Assembly: GCA_949289785.1 (NCBI GenBank)
Contig: CASEOW010000022.1
Coordinates: 1 to 62,153, forward strand
Origin: an uncultured Bacillota bacterium
GTDB taxonomy: Bacteria > Bacillota > Clostridia > Christensenellales > UBA1242
Length of the DNA stretch: 62,153 nucleotides
Reading direction: 5' to 3'
This document shows, piece after piece, positions 19,325 through 29,697 of this stretch. The stretch's first letter is position 1; each line of letters begins with the position of its first letter. Under the pieces are notes generated by a model. It was not told the origin of the DNA. It did no database searches and saw only the letters and a program-made list of their open reading frames with translations. The position numbers and the translations under genes were made by a program.

Positions 19325-19369
19325 AAAAACATATTGTTGAAATAAAAATTTCATCAGTATGTTTTTTTT
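19325..19369 (+). terminator. Intrinsic terminator after the giant gene
   Basis: AAAAACATA (19325-19333) pairs with TATGTTTTT (19358-19366). There is an inner TGAAAT/ATTTCA stem and an 8-T run. Confidence 0.65.
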
Positions 19370-19478
19370 GTTAAAATAAATATTAATAAATATTTTGTAA
19401 AAAAATGTCTTATCTTTAATATTAATTATAAAAAAATAATTTTTATGTATATTTTTTTTAAAAAATGATAAAAAACTA

Positions 19479-19508
19479 TTGACTAATTAATGAAAAATAT
19501 AGTATAAT
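19479..19508 (+). promoter_or_regulatory. rpoBC promoter candidate TTGACT-18-TATAAT
   Basis: -35 at 19479-19484 and -10 at 19503-19508, leaving a leader of about 125 nt before the AAGGAG RBS. Confidence 0.5.
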
Positions 19509-19641
19509 TGATAAGAATTTGGGCAACTGTGAGAAAGATGATAGTTTTTTAAACTGAATAAGTGGGACTATTATAGCATTTTTGTGCTATAAGGTCCTTT
19601 TTTGCTTTTTTACAATGCTTGTAATTATAAGGAGAAATTAA

Positions 19642-22600
19642 ATGTCTGTTAATGTAAGAAAAGTTAAGCAAGGAAAAACCGAAAGATATACTTTTGGGCA
19701 TTGTGAAGATTTGGTGAAAGTTCCTCCACTTCTTAACATACAAAAAAAATCTTATAATGACTTTTTAGTTAAAGGCATCAAAAAAGTTCTTGATGAATTT
19801 TTTCCTTTAACTGATTATTCAGGCAAAGCAAAATTATATATCACTGAAATTTTGCCTTTTGCTCAGCCAAAATATGATATCAAAGAATGTAAAAGAAGGG
19901 GAGCTACTTATTCTTCACCATTAAAAGTTAAGGCGAGATTTGTTGTTGAAGAAACTGGTCAAGCTGTTGAACAAGAAGTTTTCATGGGTGATGTTCCTAT
20001 GATGACAGAACAAGGCTCATTTGTTTTTAATGGTATTGAAAGAGTTGTTATCAACCAAATTGTTAGAGCTCCAAGCGTTTATCTTTCAAGAGAGAAAGAA
20101 AATAATGCTACTCTTCGTGCGCAAGTTATTCCTGTTCATGGAACTTGGATTGAAATAGAACAAGGTGCTAACGAAAACCTTAAAATAGTTCTTGAAAGAA
20201 AAAATAAAATCAGTTTAGGCGTTTTCCTTAAATGTTTTGGTTTCACTAATGAAGAAATTCTTCGTGCATTTGGTGATAATAGATATATTAAAAATGTTCT
20301 TGAAAAAGAAACTCAAAATACTCAAGAAGAAGCATTACTTGAATTTTCTAGAAAAACAAGACCTAGTGATGTTCCTTCAGTTGAAAGTACAAGAAGTTTC
20401 TTGAATGTATCTTTCTTTACTGATGCTTATTATAATCTTTCTAGAGTTGGTAGATATAAATTTAATAAAAAATTAGGTCTTAAAGACAGATTGCCAGGAT
20501 TAATCAATGCAGAAGATATTATATCTGAAGATGAACTTTTAGTTAAAGCTGGTGAAGAATTCACAAGAGAAAGTGCTAAAAAAGTTCAAAATGCTGGAAT
20601 AAATGAAGTATGGGTTCAAATAAATGGTAAAAAGCATTTAATGCGTGGTAATAATCGTGTTACTTTGAGTGAAGTTTTCCCATGCAATCAAGAAGAACTT
20701 GGTATTTATGAAGATGTTTATTATCCTGTTTTAATGCAAATTTTAACTGAAAATAAAACTAAAGAAAAACGAATTGAAGCTATTAAAAATAGTGCTAAAG
20801 AACTAATAATTACTACTCTTACTATGGACGATATTCTTGCTACTATTTCTTGTTATCTTGATATTCTTGAAGGAATAGGAACAATTGATAAAATAGAACA
20901 CTTGTCTAATAAAAGAGTTGCAACTGTTGGTGAATTAACTTGTAATGCTTTTAGATCTGGCGTAACTAAACTTTCTACAAACATCAAGGAAACATTGCAA
21001 GGTAGAGAATTTGAAGAAGTTACTCCTTCTCAAATTATGAACCCAAAAGCTGTTAATAAAGCTTTGCGTGATTTCTTCTCTCAATCTCAACTTTCTCAAA
21101 TTATGGATCAAAAGAATCCTCTTTCTGGAATTACTCAAAAACGTCGTGTTTCTGCAATTGGTCCTGGAGGTATCAAAAAGGAAAGAGCAGATCCTGAAAT
21201 TCGTGATATTCACTTCACACATTATGGAAGAATATGTCCAGTTGAAACACCAGAAGGACAATCTATTGGTCTTATTAATACATTAGCAACTTATACTAAA
21301 GTAAATGATTATGGTTTCTTGGAAACTCCTTATCGTGTTGTTGATAAAGAAAATGGACGAGTTACTAAAGATATTGTTTATAAAATGGCAGATGTAGAAA
21401 ATGAAAGTTATATAGCTCAAGCTATTGAACCACTCGATGAAGAAGGACATTTTATAAATAAAAGAATTATGTGTAGACATGGTTCTGTAATTGAAGAAGT
21501 TAGTCCTAACAAAGTAGATTATGTAGATGTTTCTCCAAGACAAATGATTTCAGTAGCTACTAGCCTTATTCCATTTGTTAACGGAAATGAAGCAAACCGT
21601 GCTCTTATGGGTGCTAACATGCAGCGTCAAGCTGTTCCTGTTCTTAGAGCAGAATCTCCAATAGTTGGAACAGGTATGGAAGCAATTGCTGCTCATGATA
21701 GCGGATGTGTAATTCTTGCTAAAAGAGCAGGTACTGTAAGTTATGTTTCAGCAGATGAAATAAGAGTTAGAACTGATAAAGGTGATGAAGATATTTATAC
21801 TTTAACTAAATTTGCTAAGGCTAATGATGATGTTTGTTTCAATCAAAAACCTTGCGTAGTTAAAGGTGAAAGAGTTCATGAAGATGATGTTTTAACTGAC
21901 GGATATTCAACTGATAAAGGAGAACTTGCTGTTGGTAAAAATGTATTAATCGGTTACTTGAACTGGGAAGGTCAAAATTACGAAGACGCTATCTTGATTA
22001 GTGAAAGACTTGTTAAAGATGATGTTTATACTTCAATTACTCTTTATGACCATGAAATTAAATGTAGAACTACAAAACTTGGTGATGAAGCTATAACAAG
22101 AGATATTCCAAATCTTGGTGAAGACGCTTTAAAAGATCTTGATGAAAACGGAATTATTAGAATTGGTGCTGAAGTTCATCCTAATGATATATTAGTTGGA
22201 AAAGTTACTCCAAAAGGAGAAACTGATCTTACTCCTGAAGAAAGATTATTAAGAGCAATCTTTGGAGATAAAGCTCGTGATGTTAGAGATACTTCTTTGC
22301 GTGTTCAACATGGAAAAGGTGGAGTTGTTGTTGATGTTCAAGTATTCTCTAAGAAAAATAAAGATGACCTTGAACCTGGCGTTTTAATGATGGTTAAAGT
22401 AACAGTTGCTCAAAAGAGAAAAATATCTGTTGGTGATAAAATGGCTGGAAGATATGGTAATAAAGGTGTTGTTTCTATTGTTCTTCCAGAAGCAGATATG
22501 CCATATATGGCAAATGGAAAACCTTTGGATATAGTTCTTAGTCCACTAGGTATCCCTTCTCGTATGAACATTGGTCAGGTTATGGAAGTGCATTTAGGTC

Positions 22601-23355
22601 TTGTTGCTAAAACATTAGGTTGGAAAGTTGCTACTCCAGCATTTGATGGAGCAACTACTGAAGATATTAAACAATTACTTATTGAAAACAACTTTAGACC
22701 AGATGGTAAAATTCAACTTTATGATGGTAGAACAGGTGAACCTTTTGACAACCTCACTACAGTTGGTTACAAATATATGTTAAAACTTGAACATATGGTT
22801 GATTCTAAAATCCATGCTCGTTCAATTGGACCTTATGCTTTGATTACACAACAACCTCTTGGTGGAAAATCATTATTTGGTGGTCAAAGATTTGGTGAAA
22901 TGGAAGTTTGGGCTCTTGAAGCTTATGGTGCAAGCCATATCTTACAAGAAATGTTAACAGTTAAATCAGATGATTTAAACGGAAGACTTAAGACTTATGA
23001 ATCTATCATTAAAGGATTACCTATAGCAGAACCTGGTATTCCAGAATCATTTAAAGTTTTAGTAAAAGAATTACAAGCTCTTGGACTTGATGTTAAGATT
23101 TTAACAGATGGTGATAAAGAAATTTCTATAAATGAACTTAGTCAAGATGAACAAGATGGTTCAAATAGTATTGCTCAAGAAACTGAAAAAGACCTTGAAG
23201 AAGGAATATTTGACTTTGAAGCTCAAGAAAATAATTCTCAAACTTCAGAAGAAAAAGAAGATCAAGAACTTCAAGAAGTTTTTGAAGAAAGCACAAAGAA
23301 TGATAGTCTTGACAATCTCGATATCTTTGATGATTTCGGTGACTTTGATGAATAA
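19642..23355 (+). CDS. rpoB: DNA-directed RNA polymerase subunit beta, with an ~80-aa acidic C-terminal tail
   Basis: Unmistakable RpoB sequence throughout ([52 protein letters not shown]). Confidence 0.98.
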   Translation: MSVNVRKVKQGKTERYTFGHCEDLVKVPPLLNIQKKSYNDFLVKGIKKVLDEFFPLTDYSGKAKLYITEILPFAQPKYDIKECKRRGATYSSPLKVKARFVVEETGQAVEQEVFMGDVPMMTEQGSFVFNGIERVVINQIVRAPSVYLSREKENNATLRAQVIPVHGTWIEIEQGANENLKIVLERKNKISLGVFLKCFGFTNEEILRAFGDNRYIKNVLEKETQNTQEEALLEFSRKTRPSDVPSVESTRSFLNVSFFTDAYYNLSRVGRYKFNKKLGLKDRLPGLINAEDIISEDELLVKAGEEFTRESAKKVQNAGINEVWVQINGKKHLMRGNNRVTLSEVFPCNQEELGIYEDVYYPVLMQILTENKTKEKRIEAIKNSAKELIITTLTMDDILATISCYLDILEGIGTIDKIEHLSNKRVATVGELTCNAFRSGVTKLSTNIKETLQGREFEEVTPSQIMNPKAVNKALRDFFSQSQLSQIMDQKNPLSGITQKRRVSAIGPGGIKKERADPEIRDIHFTHYGRICPVETPEGQSIGLINTLATYTKVNDYGFLETPYRVVDKENGRVTKDIVYKMADVENESYIAQAIEPLDEEGHFINKRIMCRHGSVIEEVSPNKVDYVDVSPRQMISVATSLIPFVNGNEANRALMGANMQRQAVPVLRAESPIVGTGMEAIAAHDSGCVILAKRAGTVSYVSADEIRVRTDKGDEDIYTLTKFAKANDDVCFNQKPCVVKGERVHEDDVLTDGYSTDKGELAVGKNVLIGYLNWEGQNYEDAILISERLVKDDVYTSITLYDHEIKCRTTKLGDEAITRDIPNLGEDALKDLDENGIIRIGAEVHPNDILVGKVTPKGETDLTPEERLLRAIFGDKARDVRDTSLRVQHGKGGVVVDVQVFSKKNKDDLEPGVLMMVKVTVAQKRKISVGDKMAGRYGNKGVVSIVLPEADMPYMANGKPLDIVLSPLGIPSRMNIGQVMEVHLGLVAKTLGWKVATPAFDGATTEDIKQLLIENNFRPDGKIQLYDGRTGEPFDNLTTVGYKYMLKLEHMVDSKIHARSIGPYALITQQPLGGKSLFGGQRFGEMEVWALEAYGASHILQEMLTVKSDDLNGRLKTYESIIKGLPIAEPGIPESFKVLVKELQALGLDVKILTDGDKEISINELSQDEQDGSNSIAQETEKDLEEGIFDFEAQENNSQTSEEKEDQELQEVFEESTKNDSLDNLDIFDDFGDFDE

Positions 23356-23372
23356 TAAAAAGGGGATTAGAT

Positions 23373-26300
23373 ATGTTTGAATTAAACAATTTTGATTCTA
23401 TAAAAATAGGCATCGCTTCGCCTGAGAAAATAAGAGAATGGTCTCATGGCGAAGTTACTAAGCCTGAAACTATAAACTATAGAACCCAAAAGCCAGAAAA
23501 AGACGGACTATTCTGCGAAAAGATTTTTGGACCTAGAAAGGACTGGGAATGTCAATGTGGAAGATATAAAAGAGTTCGTTATAAAGGCGTTGTATGTGAT
23601 AAATGTGGAGTTGAAGTCACTAGAGCTAAAGTACGTCGTGAGCGTATGGGGCATATTGAACTTGCTTCTCCTTGTACACATATTTGGTATTTTAGAAATA
23701 TTCCTTCAAAGATAGGAACACTTCTTGAAATGACTCCAAAGGTTCTTGAACAAATTGTATATTATGTATGCTATGTTGTATTAGATCCTAAGAAAACAGA
23801 TTTAGCATACAAACAAGTTATTACAGATAAAGAATATTACGAAGCTTGTGACAAATATGGTGCTGATGCATTTGAAGTTGGAATGGGTGCTGAAGCTATT
23901 AAAAGACTTTTAGGTGAAGTAGATCTTGAAAAAGAATCAAAAACTTTAAAAGAACAACTTACTACATTAAAAGGTCAAAGAAAGATTAAAGCAATGAAAA
24001 AACTAGATGTTGTTGAATCTTTCTTAACAAGTGGAAACAATCCTACATGGATGGTTCTTGATGTAATACCTGTGTTACCACCTGATTTAAGACCAATGGT
24101 TCCTCTTGATGGTGGAAGATATGCAACAAGTGACTTGAATGACCTTTATAGAAGAGTTATAAATAGAAACAATAGACTTAAAAAACTTATGGAACTTGGA
24201 GCTCCAGATGTTATTGTAAGAAATGAAAAGAGAATGCTTCAAGAAGCTGTAGACAACCTTATTGATAATGGTAAGCGTGGAAAGGCTGTTCAAAGTTCAA
24301 AACAAAGAGATTTAAAATCTTTGACAGCTATGCTTGGTGGTAAACAAGGTAGATTCAGATTAAACTTACTAGGTAAGAGAGTTGACTATTCAGGTCGTTC
24401 AGTCATCGTTGTAGGACCTGAACTAAAGATGTATCAATGTGGTTTACCAAAAGAAATGGCACTTGAACTTTTCAAACCTTTCATTATGAATAGACTAGTT
24501 GAACTTAATAAATCAAATAATATTAAAGCTGCTAAGCGTATGATTGAAAAAGAAAAACCAGTTGTATGGGATATTTTAGCAGAAGTTATTAAGGATCATC
24601 CTGTATTCTTAAACCGTGCTCCAACACTTCATAGACTTTCTGTTCAAGCTTTTGAACCTGTCTTAGTTGAGGGGCGTGCTATTAAATTGCATCCTTCTGT
24701 GTGTGGTGCGTTTAACGCTGACTTCGATGGTGACCAAATGTCAGTCCATGTTCCACTTTCAATTGATGCAAGAACAGAAGCTAGAACTTTAATGCTTGCT
24801 TCTAATAATATTTTAAAATTATCTGATGGTGAACCTATAGTTACTCCATCACAAGATATAGTTCTTGGTTGCGCATATATGACACTAGATAAACCAGGAG
24901 TTTTAGGTGAAGGTAATATTTTTGCTTCTAAAGAAGAAGCTATTATTGCTTATAGAACTCAAAACTTGCATATTCAAGCTAAGATAAAAGTTAGACTTGA
25001 AAAAGAAGTTGATGGTAAAAAATATTCAAAAATTATTGAAACAACTGTAGGTAGATTGTTATTCAATGAAGAGATACCTCAAGACCTTGGTTTTGTAGAT
25101 AGATCTAATCCAGATTATATTTGCGAACTTGAATTTAACAAGTTTGTTTTGAAAAAAGATTTAAGTAATATTTTATCTAGATGTTATGATAAATATGGAA
25201 CAACTGAATGTGCTAAACTTGTTGATAAAATTAAGGAACTTGGTTATAAGTATGCTACTATTAGTAGTTTAACTGTTAACGCTTTTGATATTGCAGAACC
25301 AAAAGAAAAACAATCTATTATTGCAGAAACTGATCAAAAAGTTATTGAAAATGAAAAACTTTTCAAAAGAGGTCTTATTACTCTTGATGAAAAAGTTAGA
25401 AATAATATGCAACTTTGGTCAGATGCAAAAAATCAAGTTGAAAAAGCATTAATTGATGGTATGGATGATTTTAATCCTTTCAAAATAATGTATGTTTCTG
25501 GTGCGAGAGGTAACAAGGAACAAATTAATTCTCTTTGCGGTATGGTTGGACTAAAAACCACTGCATCAGGTGAAAAAATTGATGTTCCTATTAAATCTTC
25601 TTTCGTTAAAGGTCTTACTCCTATTGAATATTTCCTTACAGCTCGTGGAGCTAGAAAAGGTTTGACTGATACAGCTCTTAAAACAGCCGACTCAGGTTAT
25701 TTAACAAGAAGACTTGTAGATATTTCTCAAGATGTAGTTGTTACAACTGAAGATTGTTTTGCTGATGCTGGCGAAAAAGTTAAAGGTGTTTATGTAACAG
25801 ATTTAGTAATTGATGGCGTTGTTCACGAAACTTTGGCTGAGAGAATTTATGGTAGAGTAAGTGTAGACGATATTTATAATCCACAGACTAATGAGTTAAT
25901 TGTTAAGTCAAATGAAATGATTACTAAAGAACAAGCTGATGCTATAGAAAAATGTGGTATCAAAAAAGTTCAAATTAGATCACTCTTTACTTGCAAATGT
26001 AAGCATGGTGTTTGTGCTAAATGTTATGGAAGAGACCTTTCAAATAAAAAAATGGTTACTGTTGGTGAAGCTGTTGGTATTATTGCTGCTCAGTCAATTG
26101 GTGAACCTGGAACACAGTTAACTATGAGAACATTCCACTCTGGTGGTGTTGCTTCAGCGCTTGATATTACTCAAGGTCTTCCTAGAGTTGAAGAAATTTT
26201 TGAAGCTAGAAAACCAAAAGGTGAAGCATTACTTAGTGAAGTTGCTGGCAAGCTTACAATTAAACAAGATGCAAAATATTACTACTTTACAGTTGCTTCT

Positions 26301-26936
26301 AGAGAAGGAGATATTGAGTATGAAGCTAAAAAACCTGTAGTTCTTATGGTTAAGAATGGTGATACTGTTGAACCAGGAACTCAACTTACTGCAGGTGCTA
26401 TTAATCCTTCAGATTTATTAAGAATGAAAGGGGTAAAAGGTTTACAAGAATATCTTTTAAATCAAGTTATATCAACTTATCGTGGTCAAGATGTTAAAGT
26501 TAATGATAAACATGTAGAAATTATAATTCGTCAAATGTTAAAGAAAGTTAAAGTTGAATCTGCTGGAGATACAAATTTACTTCCTGGCGAAATTATTGAT
26601 GTTTATCGTTGTGATGAAGAAAATGAAAAGATTTTACAAGAAGGTGGTGTTCCTGCTACTGTTAAGAGAATTTTATTGGGTATCACAAAAGCATCTTTAT
26701 CAACTGAAAGTTTCCTTTCTGCAGCATCCTTCCAAGAGACTTCTAGAACATTAACTGATGCCTCTGTTAAGGGTAAAGTTGATAACCTTATTGGTCTTAA
26801 AGAGAATGTTATCATTGGGAAATTAATTCCAGCTGGTACTGGTCTTAGAAAATATCGTTCAGTAATGCCTGTAGTTGTAAAAGATGAAAGAGAACCTGAA
26901 AATGTTGTTTCTGAAGACATGGATACAATTGCTTAG
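23373..26936 (+). CDS. rpoC: DNA-directed RNA polymerase subunit beta'
   Basis: Zn-finger [15 protein letters not shown], catalytic NADFDGDQM, and conserved C-terminal regions. It starts 17 nt after rpoB. Confidence 0.98.
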   Translation: MFELNNFDSIKIGIASPEKIREWSHGEVTKPETINYRTQKPEKDGLFCEKIFGPRKDWECQCGRYKRVRYKGVVCDKCGVEVTRAKVRRERMGHIELASPCTHIWYFRNIPSKIGTLLEMTPKVLEQIVYYVCYVVLDPKKTDLAYKQVITDKEYYEACDKYGADAFEVGMGAEAIKRLLGEVDLEKESKTLKEQLTTLKGQRKIKAMKKLDVVESFLTSGNNPTWMVLDVIPVLPPDLRPMVPLDGGRYATSDLNDLYRRVINRNNRLKKLMELGAPDVIVRNEKRMLQEAVDNLIDNGKRGKAVQSSKQRDLKSLTAMLGGKQGRFRLNLLGKRVDYSGRSVIVVGPELKMYQCGLPKEMALELFKPFIMNRLVELNKSNNIKAAKRMIEKEKPVVWDILAEVIKDHPVFLNRAPTLHRLSVQAFEPVLVEGRAIKLHPSVCGAFNADFDGDQMSVHVPLSIDARTEARTLMLASNNILKLSDGEPIVTPSQDIVLGCAYMTLDKPGVLGEGNIFASKEEAIIAYRTQNLHIQAKIKVRLEKEVDGKKYSKIIETTVGRLLFNEEIPQDLGFVDRSNPDYICELEFNKFVLKKDLSNILSRCYDKYGTTECAKLVDKIKELGYKYATISSLTVNAFDIAEPKEKQSIIAETDQKVIENEKLFKRGLITLDEKVRNNMQLWSDAKNQVEKALIDGMDDFNPFKIMYVSGARGNKEQINSLCGMVGLKTTASGEKIDVPIKSSFVKGLTPIEYFLTARGARKGLTDTALKTADSGYLTRRLVDISQDVVVTTEDCFADAGEKVKGVYVTDLVIDGVVHETLAERIYGRVSVDDIYNPQTNELIVKSNEMITKEQADAIEKCGIKKVQIRSLFTCKCKHGVCAKCYGRDLSNKKMVTVGEAVGIIAAQSIGEPGTQLTMRTFHSGGVASALDITQGLPRVEEIFEARKPKGEALLSEVAGKLTIKQDAKYYYFTVASREGDIEYEAKKPVVLMVKNGDTVEPGTQLTAGAINPSDLLRMKGVKGLQEYLLNQVISTYRGQDVKVNDKHVEIIIRQMLKKVKVESAGDTNLLPGEIIDVYRCDEENEKILQEGGVPATVKRILLGITKASLSTESFLSAASFQETSRTLTDASVKGKVDNLIGLKENVIIGKLIPAGTGLRKYRSVMPVVVKDEREPENVVSEDMDTIA

Positions 26937-26984
26937 AAAAACTTTAATTACAAGTTAAATATTATAGTTCTTTTATAATATGAA

Positions 26985-27021
26985 ATAAAAAAATTTCATC
27001 ATAAGATGAAATTTTTTTATT
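26985..27021. terminator. Bidirectional terminator between rpoC and the convergent TM2 gene
   Basis: AAATTTCATC (26991-27000) pairs perfectly with GATGAAATTT (27005-27014) around the loop ATAA. A- and T-runs flank it. Confidence 0.75.
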
Positions 27022-27062
27022 TTTATGTTTTTATGTTTTTATTTTCACAACTTTATTTGTAT

Positions 27063-27401
27063 TTATAAACTTGATATTAAGTTATTAAAATTTTTTTCTT
27101 TAGATTTTTTGTATGAACAAAAAATATCTATTAATGGCCATATACCAAAAGTTAACCAACCAAATAAAAGTTTACATATTCCAAGTCCAACATCTCCAAT
27201 AAAAAATCTATCAACACCTAAACCACCTAAAAAAATTGAGAGAACACAAACTGTTACTGGATTATAAGTTTTAATAATAGATAATTTTTCAAAAGATTCA
27301 TCGTTGGCTTTATCTAAACTATTCTTTAAATAAATAACTTTATCTGATGGTATAATATCTTTGTAGTGTAACAATAAACTTTCAACTTTTTCTTTTGTCA
27401 T
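27063..27401 (-). CDS. TM2 domain-containing small membrane protein
   Basis: GGLGVDRFFIGDVGLGICKLL...FGIWPLIDIF is the TM2 signature. A strong AAAGGAGGA RBS is present. Confidence 0.7.
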   Translation of the reverse strand: MTKEKVESLLLHYKDIIPSDKVIYLKNSLDKANDESFEKLSIIKTYNPVTVCVLSIFLGGLGVDRFFIGDVGLGICKLLFGWLTFGIWPLIDIFCSYKKSKEKNFNNLISSL

Positions 27402-27422
27402 TTTTTCCTCCTTTTATTATAT

Positions 27423-27451
27423 ATTATATGGAACAATATGTTCCATGTCAA
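27423..27451 (-). promoter_or_regulatory. TM2-gene promoter TTGACA-17-TATAAT whose 17-bp spacer is a perfect palindrome (operator O1)
   Basis: The reverse complement reads TTGACA TGGAACATATTGTTCCA TATAAT. The palindrome TGGAACA-N3-TGTTCCA spans 27429-27445. Confidence 0.6.
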
Positions 27452-27458
27452 CTATTTT

Positions 27459-27473
27459 AGAACATTTTGTTCA
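27459..27473. promoter_or_regulatory. Second related inverted repeat AGAACA-TTT-TGTTCA (operator O2) overlapping the XRE gene -10 region
   Basis: It shares the same GAACA-N3-TGTTC core as O1, with centres 29 bp apart. It abuts CATAAT at 27472-27477. Confidence 0.5.
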
Positions 27474-27483
27474 TAATATTACT

Positions 27484-27693
27484 ATGATGAATATTTTTGG
27501 ACAAAGATTAAAAGAAATTAGAGAAGATAAAGGAATGTCAAGAAAAGAGCTAGCTGATAAACTTTTTGTTAGCGTAAGATTAATAAGTTATTGGGAAGCT
27601 GGAAAAAGGGAATGCAATTTTGAGATGCTTGTTAAAATTGCTGATTTGTTTAATGAAAGTATAGATTATTTATTAGGTAGAAAAAATTTTTAA
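27484..27693 (+). CDS. XRE-family helix-turn-helix transcriptional regulator
   Basis: FGQRLKEIREDKGMSRKELADKLFVSVRLISYWEAGKRE is a classic HTH_3 signature. The start is set at the ATG 6 nt after CATAAT, because the ORF-track start at 27445 would include operator O2. Confidence 0.75.
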   Translation: MMNIFGQRLKEIREDKGMSRKELADKLFVSVRLISYWEAGKRECNFEMLVKIADLFNESIDYLLGRKNF

Positions 27694-27813
27694 AAAAATT
27701 AAAAAATTATTTAAAAGATTTTTATTCTATTACTATATTTGATAAATTTATGTTTATAATTTAATTATTACTGTCGAAAATTAATGAATTGTTTGAATTA
27801 TTAAGGAGATATT

Positions 27814-28455
27814 ATGATTAAAATATTATGCTATGGAGATTCTAATACATGGGGTGCTGTATCTGGTGATACTAGTAAAAGGTATGATTTAAGATATACA
27901 AAAGTTTTACAAAGTTTGCTTGGAAGTGATTTTGAAGTTATAGAGGAGGGACAAAGCTCTCGAACAACAAATCTTGATGATTTTAAACTTTCAAAAGGAA
28001 ATAGAAATGGTTATAAATATTTTATTCCTTGTTTATGTTCACATAATCCTATTGATTATGTTGTTATCATACTAGGTATAAATGATTTAAAAACTAAATT
28101 TAATCGTTCATTAGATGAAATATACAAAGCACTTGAAGAAAACTATATTTTACCTTTTAAAACATATTTAAAAGAAAGTTTATCTAAAATTCCACAGATT
28201 ATTATTGTCGCTCCAAATATAATTACAAAAGATGTATGTATTAATTTTTCAGAGCATTATAATGAAGAATCGGTAGAAAAATCTAAAGATTTTAATAAAG
28301 TTTATAAAAGACTTGCTAAAAATAATAATTGCCTGTTTATTGATAATGAAAATTTAATTGCTGGAATTGATGGAGTTCATTTAACTATTGAAAGTCATAA
28401 AATATTAGCGGAAAAACTTTATAATTTAATAAAAAAGGAAGAAGATAAAAAATAA
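27814..28455 (+). CDS. SGNH/GDSL-family hydrolase (esterase/lipase)
   Basis: Block I YGDSNTWG, block II GQSSRTT, block III GINDL and block V DGVHLT. AAGGAG RBS upstream. Confidence 0.8.
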   Translation: MIKILCYGDSNTWGAVSGDTSKRYDLRYTKVLQSLLGSDFEVIEEGQSSRTTNLDDFKLSKGNRNGYKYFIPCLCSHNPIDYVVIILGINDLKTKFNRSLDEIYKALEENYILPFKTYLKESLSKIPQIIIVAPNIITKDVCINFSEHYNEESVEKSKDFNKVYKRLAKNNNCLFIDNENLIAGIDGVHLTIESHKILAEKLYNLIKKEEDKK

Positions 28456-28486
28456 GACTTTGCGATTTGCAAGGTCTTATTTTTTT
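28453..28486 (+). terminator. Intrinsic terminator after the SGNH hydrolase gene
   Basis: TAAGACTTTGC pairs with GCAAGGTCTTA (one G-U pair), followed by a 7-T run. Confidence 0.7.
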
Positions 28487-28530
28487 AAATATAGGATAAT
28501 ATTCATAAATAAAATTTCTATTTATTGATT

Positions 28531-28605
28531 TGGTAGCCTCAAGGGGAATCGAACCCCTGATTCCGCCGTGAGAGGGCGGCGTCTTAACCGCTTGACCATG
28601 AGGCC
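28531..28605 (-). tRNA. tRNA-Glu (anticodon CTC)
   Basis: The reverse complement reads GGCCTCATGGTCAAGCGGTTAAGACGCCGCCCTCTCACGGCGGAATCAGGGGTTCGATTCCCCTTGAGGCTACCA. It folds as a cloverleaf with anticodon loop CTCTCAC and an encoded CCA. Confidence 0.9.
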
Positions 28606-28808
28606 ATATTTAAATTATTTTGATTAATTATTTGATTGTTGTCAATTATAAATTTTGTTATTGTTACTCAATTTATTAATTATTTAGCAATTAAAATATA
28701 TCACATTTACTATTTTTTTGCAATCTTTTTTTATTAATTATTTTTATTATTTTAATTTTGAATTTATTTTTATTTTGGTTATAATTATATATTATAAGTA
28801 GGTGATTT

Positions 28809-29636
28809 ATGTTTGGTAGAAAAATTAAGATTGGAATTGCTTTTGGTGGTGGTGGAGCTAGAGGTTTTACTCACCTTGGTGCAATTAAAGCTTTTGAAGA
28901 ATTTGGACTTAAATTTGATTTTATTGCGGGAACTAGTGCTGGAAGTTTAGTTGGCGCTTTTTATGCTAATGGTTATAGTTTTAAGGAAATGTATAATATT
29001 GTTAAAATGGTAAAAGAAAAAGATATTAGAAAAAATCTTATACCTTTTACTCCTTCTAAAATAGATGGAGTTGGAGAAATTATTACTAAAAACATGGGAG
29101 ATATAAATATAGAAGATTTAAAAATTCCTTTTGCTGCTGTTGCTGTTGATATTAAGTCTACAAAAGAAGTTTGCATTGCAAAGGGTAATCTTGCTAAAGC
29201 TGTTATGGGAAGTTGTGCTGTTCCTGGAGTATTTCAGCCTGTTGTATATGATGATATGATTCTTTGTGATGGAGGACTTCAGAACACTATTCCAGCTGAT
29301 ATGCCAAAATATTTTGGCTGTGATTATGTCATTAGTGTTGATGTCAATAAATCTCGAACTTATGGAACTGAGAGTGTTAAAATGTTAGATGTTTTATCTT
29401 GCTCTATAAGAATACTTATGAAAAGTAATGCTGTTCGTGGTTATGTAAATTCCGATTTAGTTATTGCTCCAGAAACTAAAAGATTTAAGTCTACTAGCAC
29501 TAATGGTATGGAAGAAATGATAGAAGAGGGATATAAAGCAACAATAGACGCTATGCCTAAAATTATGGAAATATTTAAAAAGAAAAGAAAAAATAAATTT
29601 AAAATGTCACAAAATGATATTATGTTTATCAAATAA
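28809..29636 (+). CDS. Patatin-like phospholipase
   Basis: Oxyanion GGGGARG, nucleophile GTSAGS and catalytic Asp in CDGG. Confidence 0.85.
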   Translation: MFGRKIKIGIAFGGGGARGFTHLGAIKAFEEFGLKFDFIAGTSAGSLVGAFYANGYSFKEMYNIVKMVKEKDIRKNLIPFTPSKIDGVGEIITKNMGDINIEDLKIPFAAVAVDIKSTKEVCIAKGNLAKAVMGSCAVPGVFQPVVYDDMILCDGGLQNTIPADMPKYFGCDYVISVDVNKSRTYGTESVKMLDVLSCSIRILMKSNAVRGYVNSDLVIAPETKRFKSTSTNGMEEMIEEGYKATIDAMPKIMEIFKKKRKNKFKMSQNDIMFIK

Positions 29637-29697
29637 AGATTTATAGTTTTATTATTTGTGTATTGTAAAATTTTAAAAGATTACTAAAGAATAAATT

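Noticed and set aside
4824-19641. The VirB4-like region as a complete integrative conjugative element or prophage
   Set aside because: I found no integrase, relaxase, VirD4, VirB6/VirB8-like, replication or phage structural genes. I also spotted no obvious direct repeats between the two flanking spacers by eye. Only a remnant or domesticated module is supportable. An alignment of 4824-5158 against 19273-19641 would settle the repeat question.
20935-21543. Antisense and alternative-frame ORFs inside rpoB. The same applies to 23527-23715, 24087-24293, 26143-26340, 26554-26920 in rpoC; 14005-14235 and 16562-16783 in the giant gene; 6304-6510 and 7123-7344 in the VirB4-like gene; and 37928-38254 in PFOR.
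   Set aside because: They are fully embedded in strongly supported conserved genes. They have low-complexity I/F/L/N/K-rich translations typical of off-frame reading in AT-rich DNA, and no RBS or promoter.
23132-23413. Two overlapping ~85-aa ORFs across the rpoB/rpoC junction
   Set aside because: They are off-frame readings of the acidic rpoB tail (K-rich or L-rich low complexity). The junction is fully explained by the rpoB stop at 23355 and the rpoC RBS and ATG at 23373.
27025-27267. 80-aa plus-strand ORF
   Set aside because: It starts inside the rpoC terminator and lies antisense to the TM2 gene, which has a strong RBS, a consensus promoter and a recognisable domain.
28809-29636. Patatin-like phospholipase as a CBASS (CapV-type) defence effector
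   Set aside because: There is no CD-NTase/cyclase, E1/E2/JAB or other signalling gene adjacent. The neighbours are a tRNA and an MBL hydrolase. It is more likely a lipid-scavenging or housekeeping enzyme.
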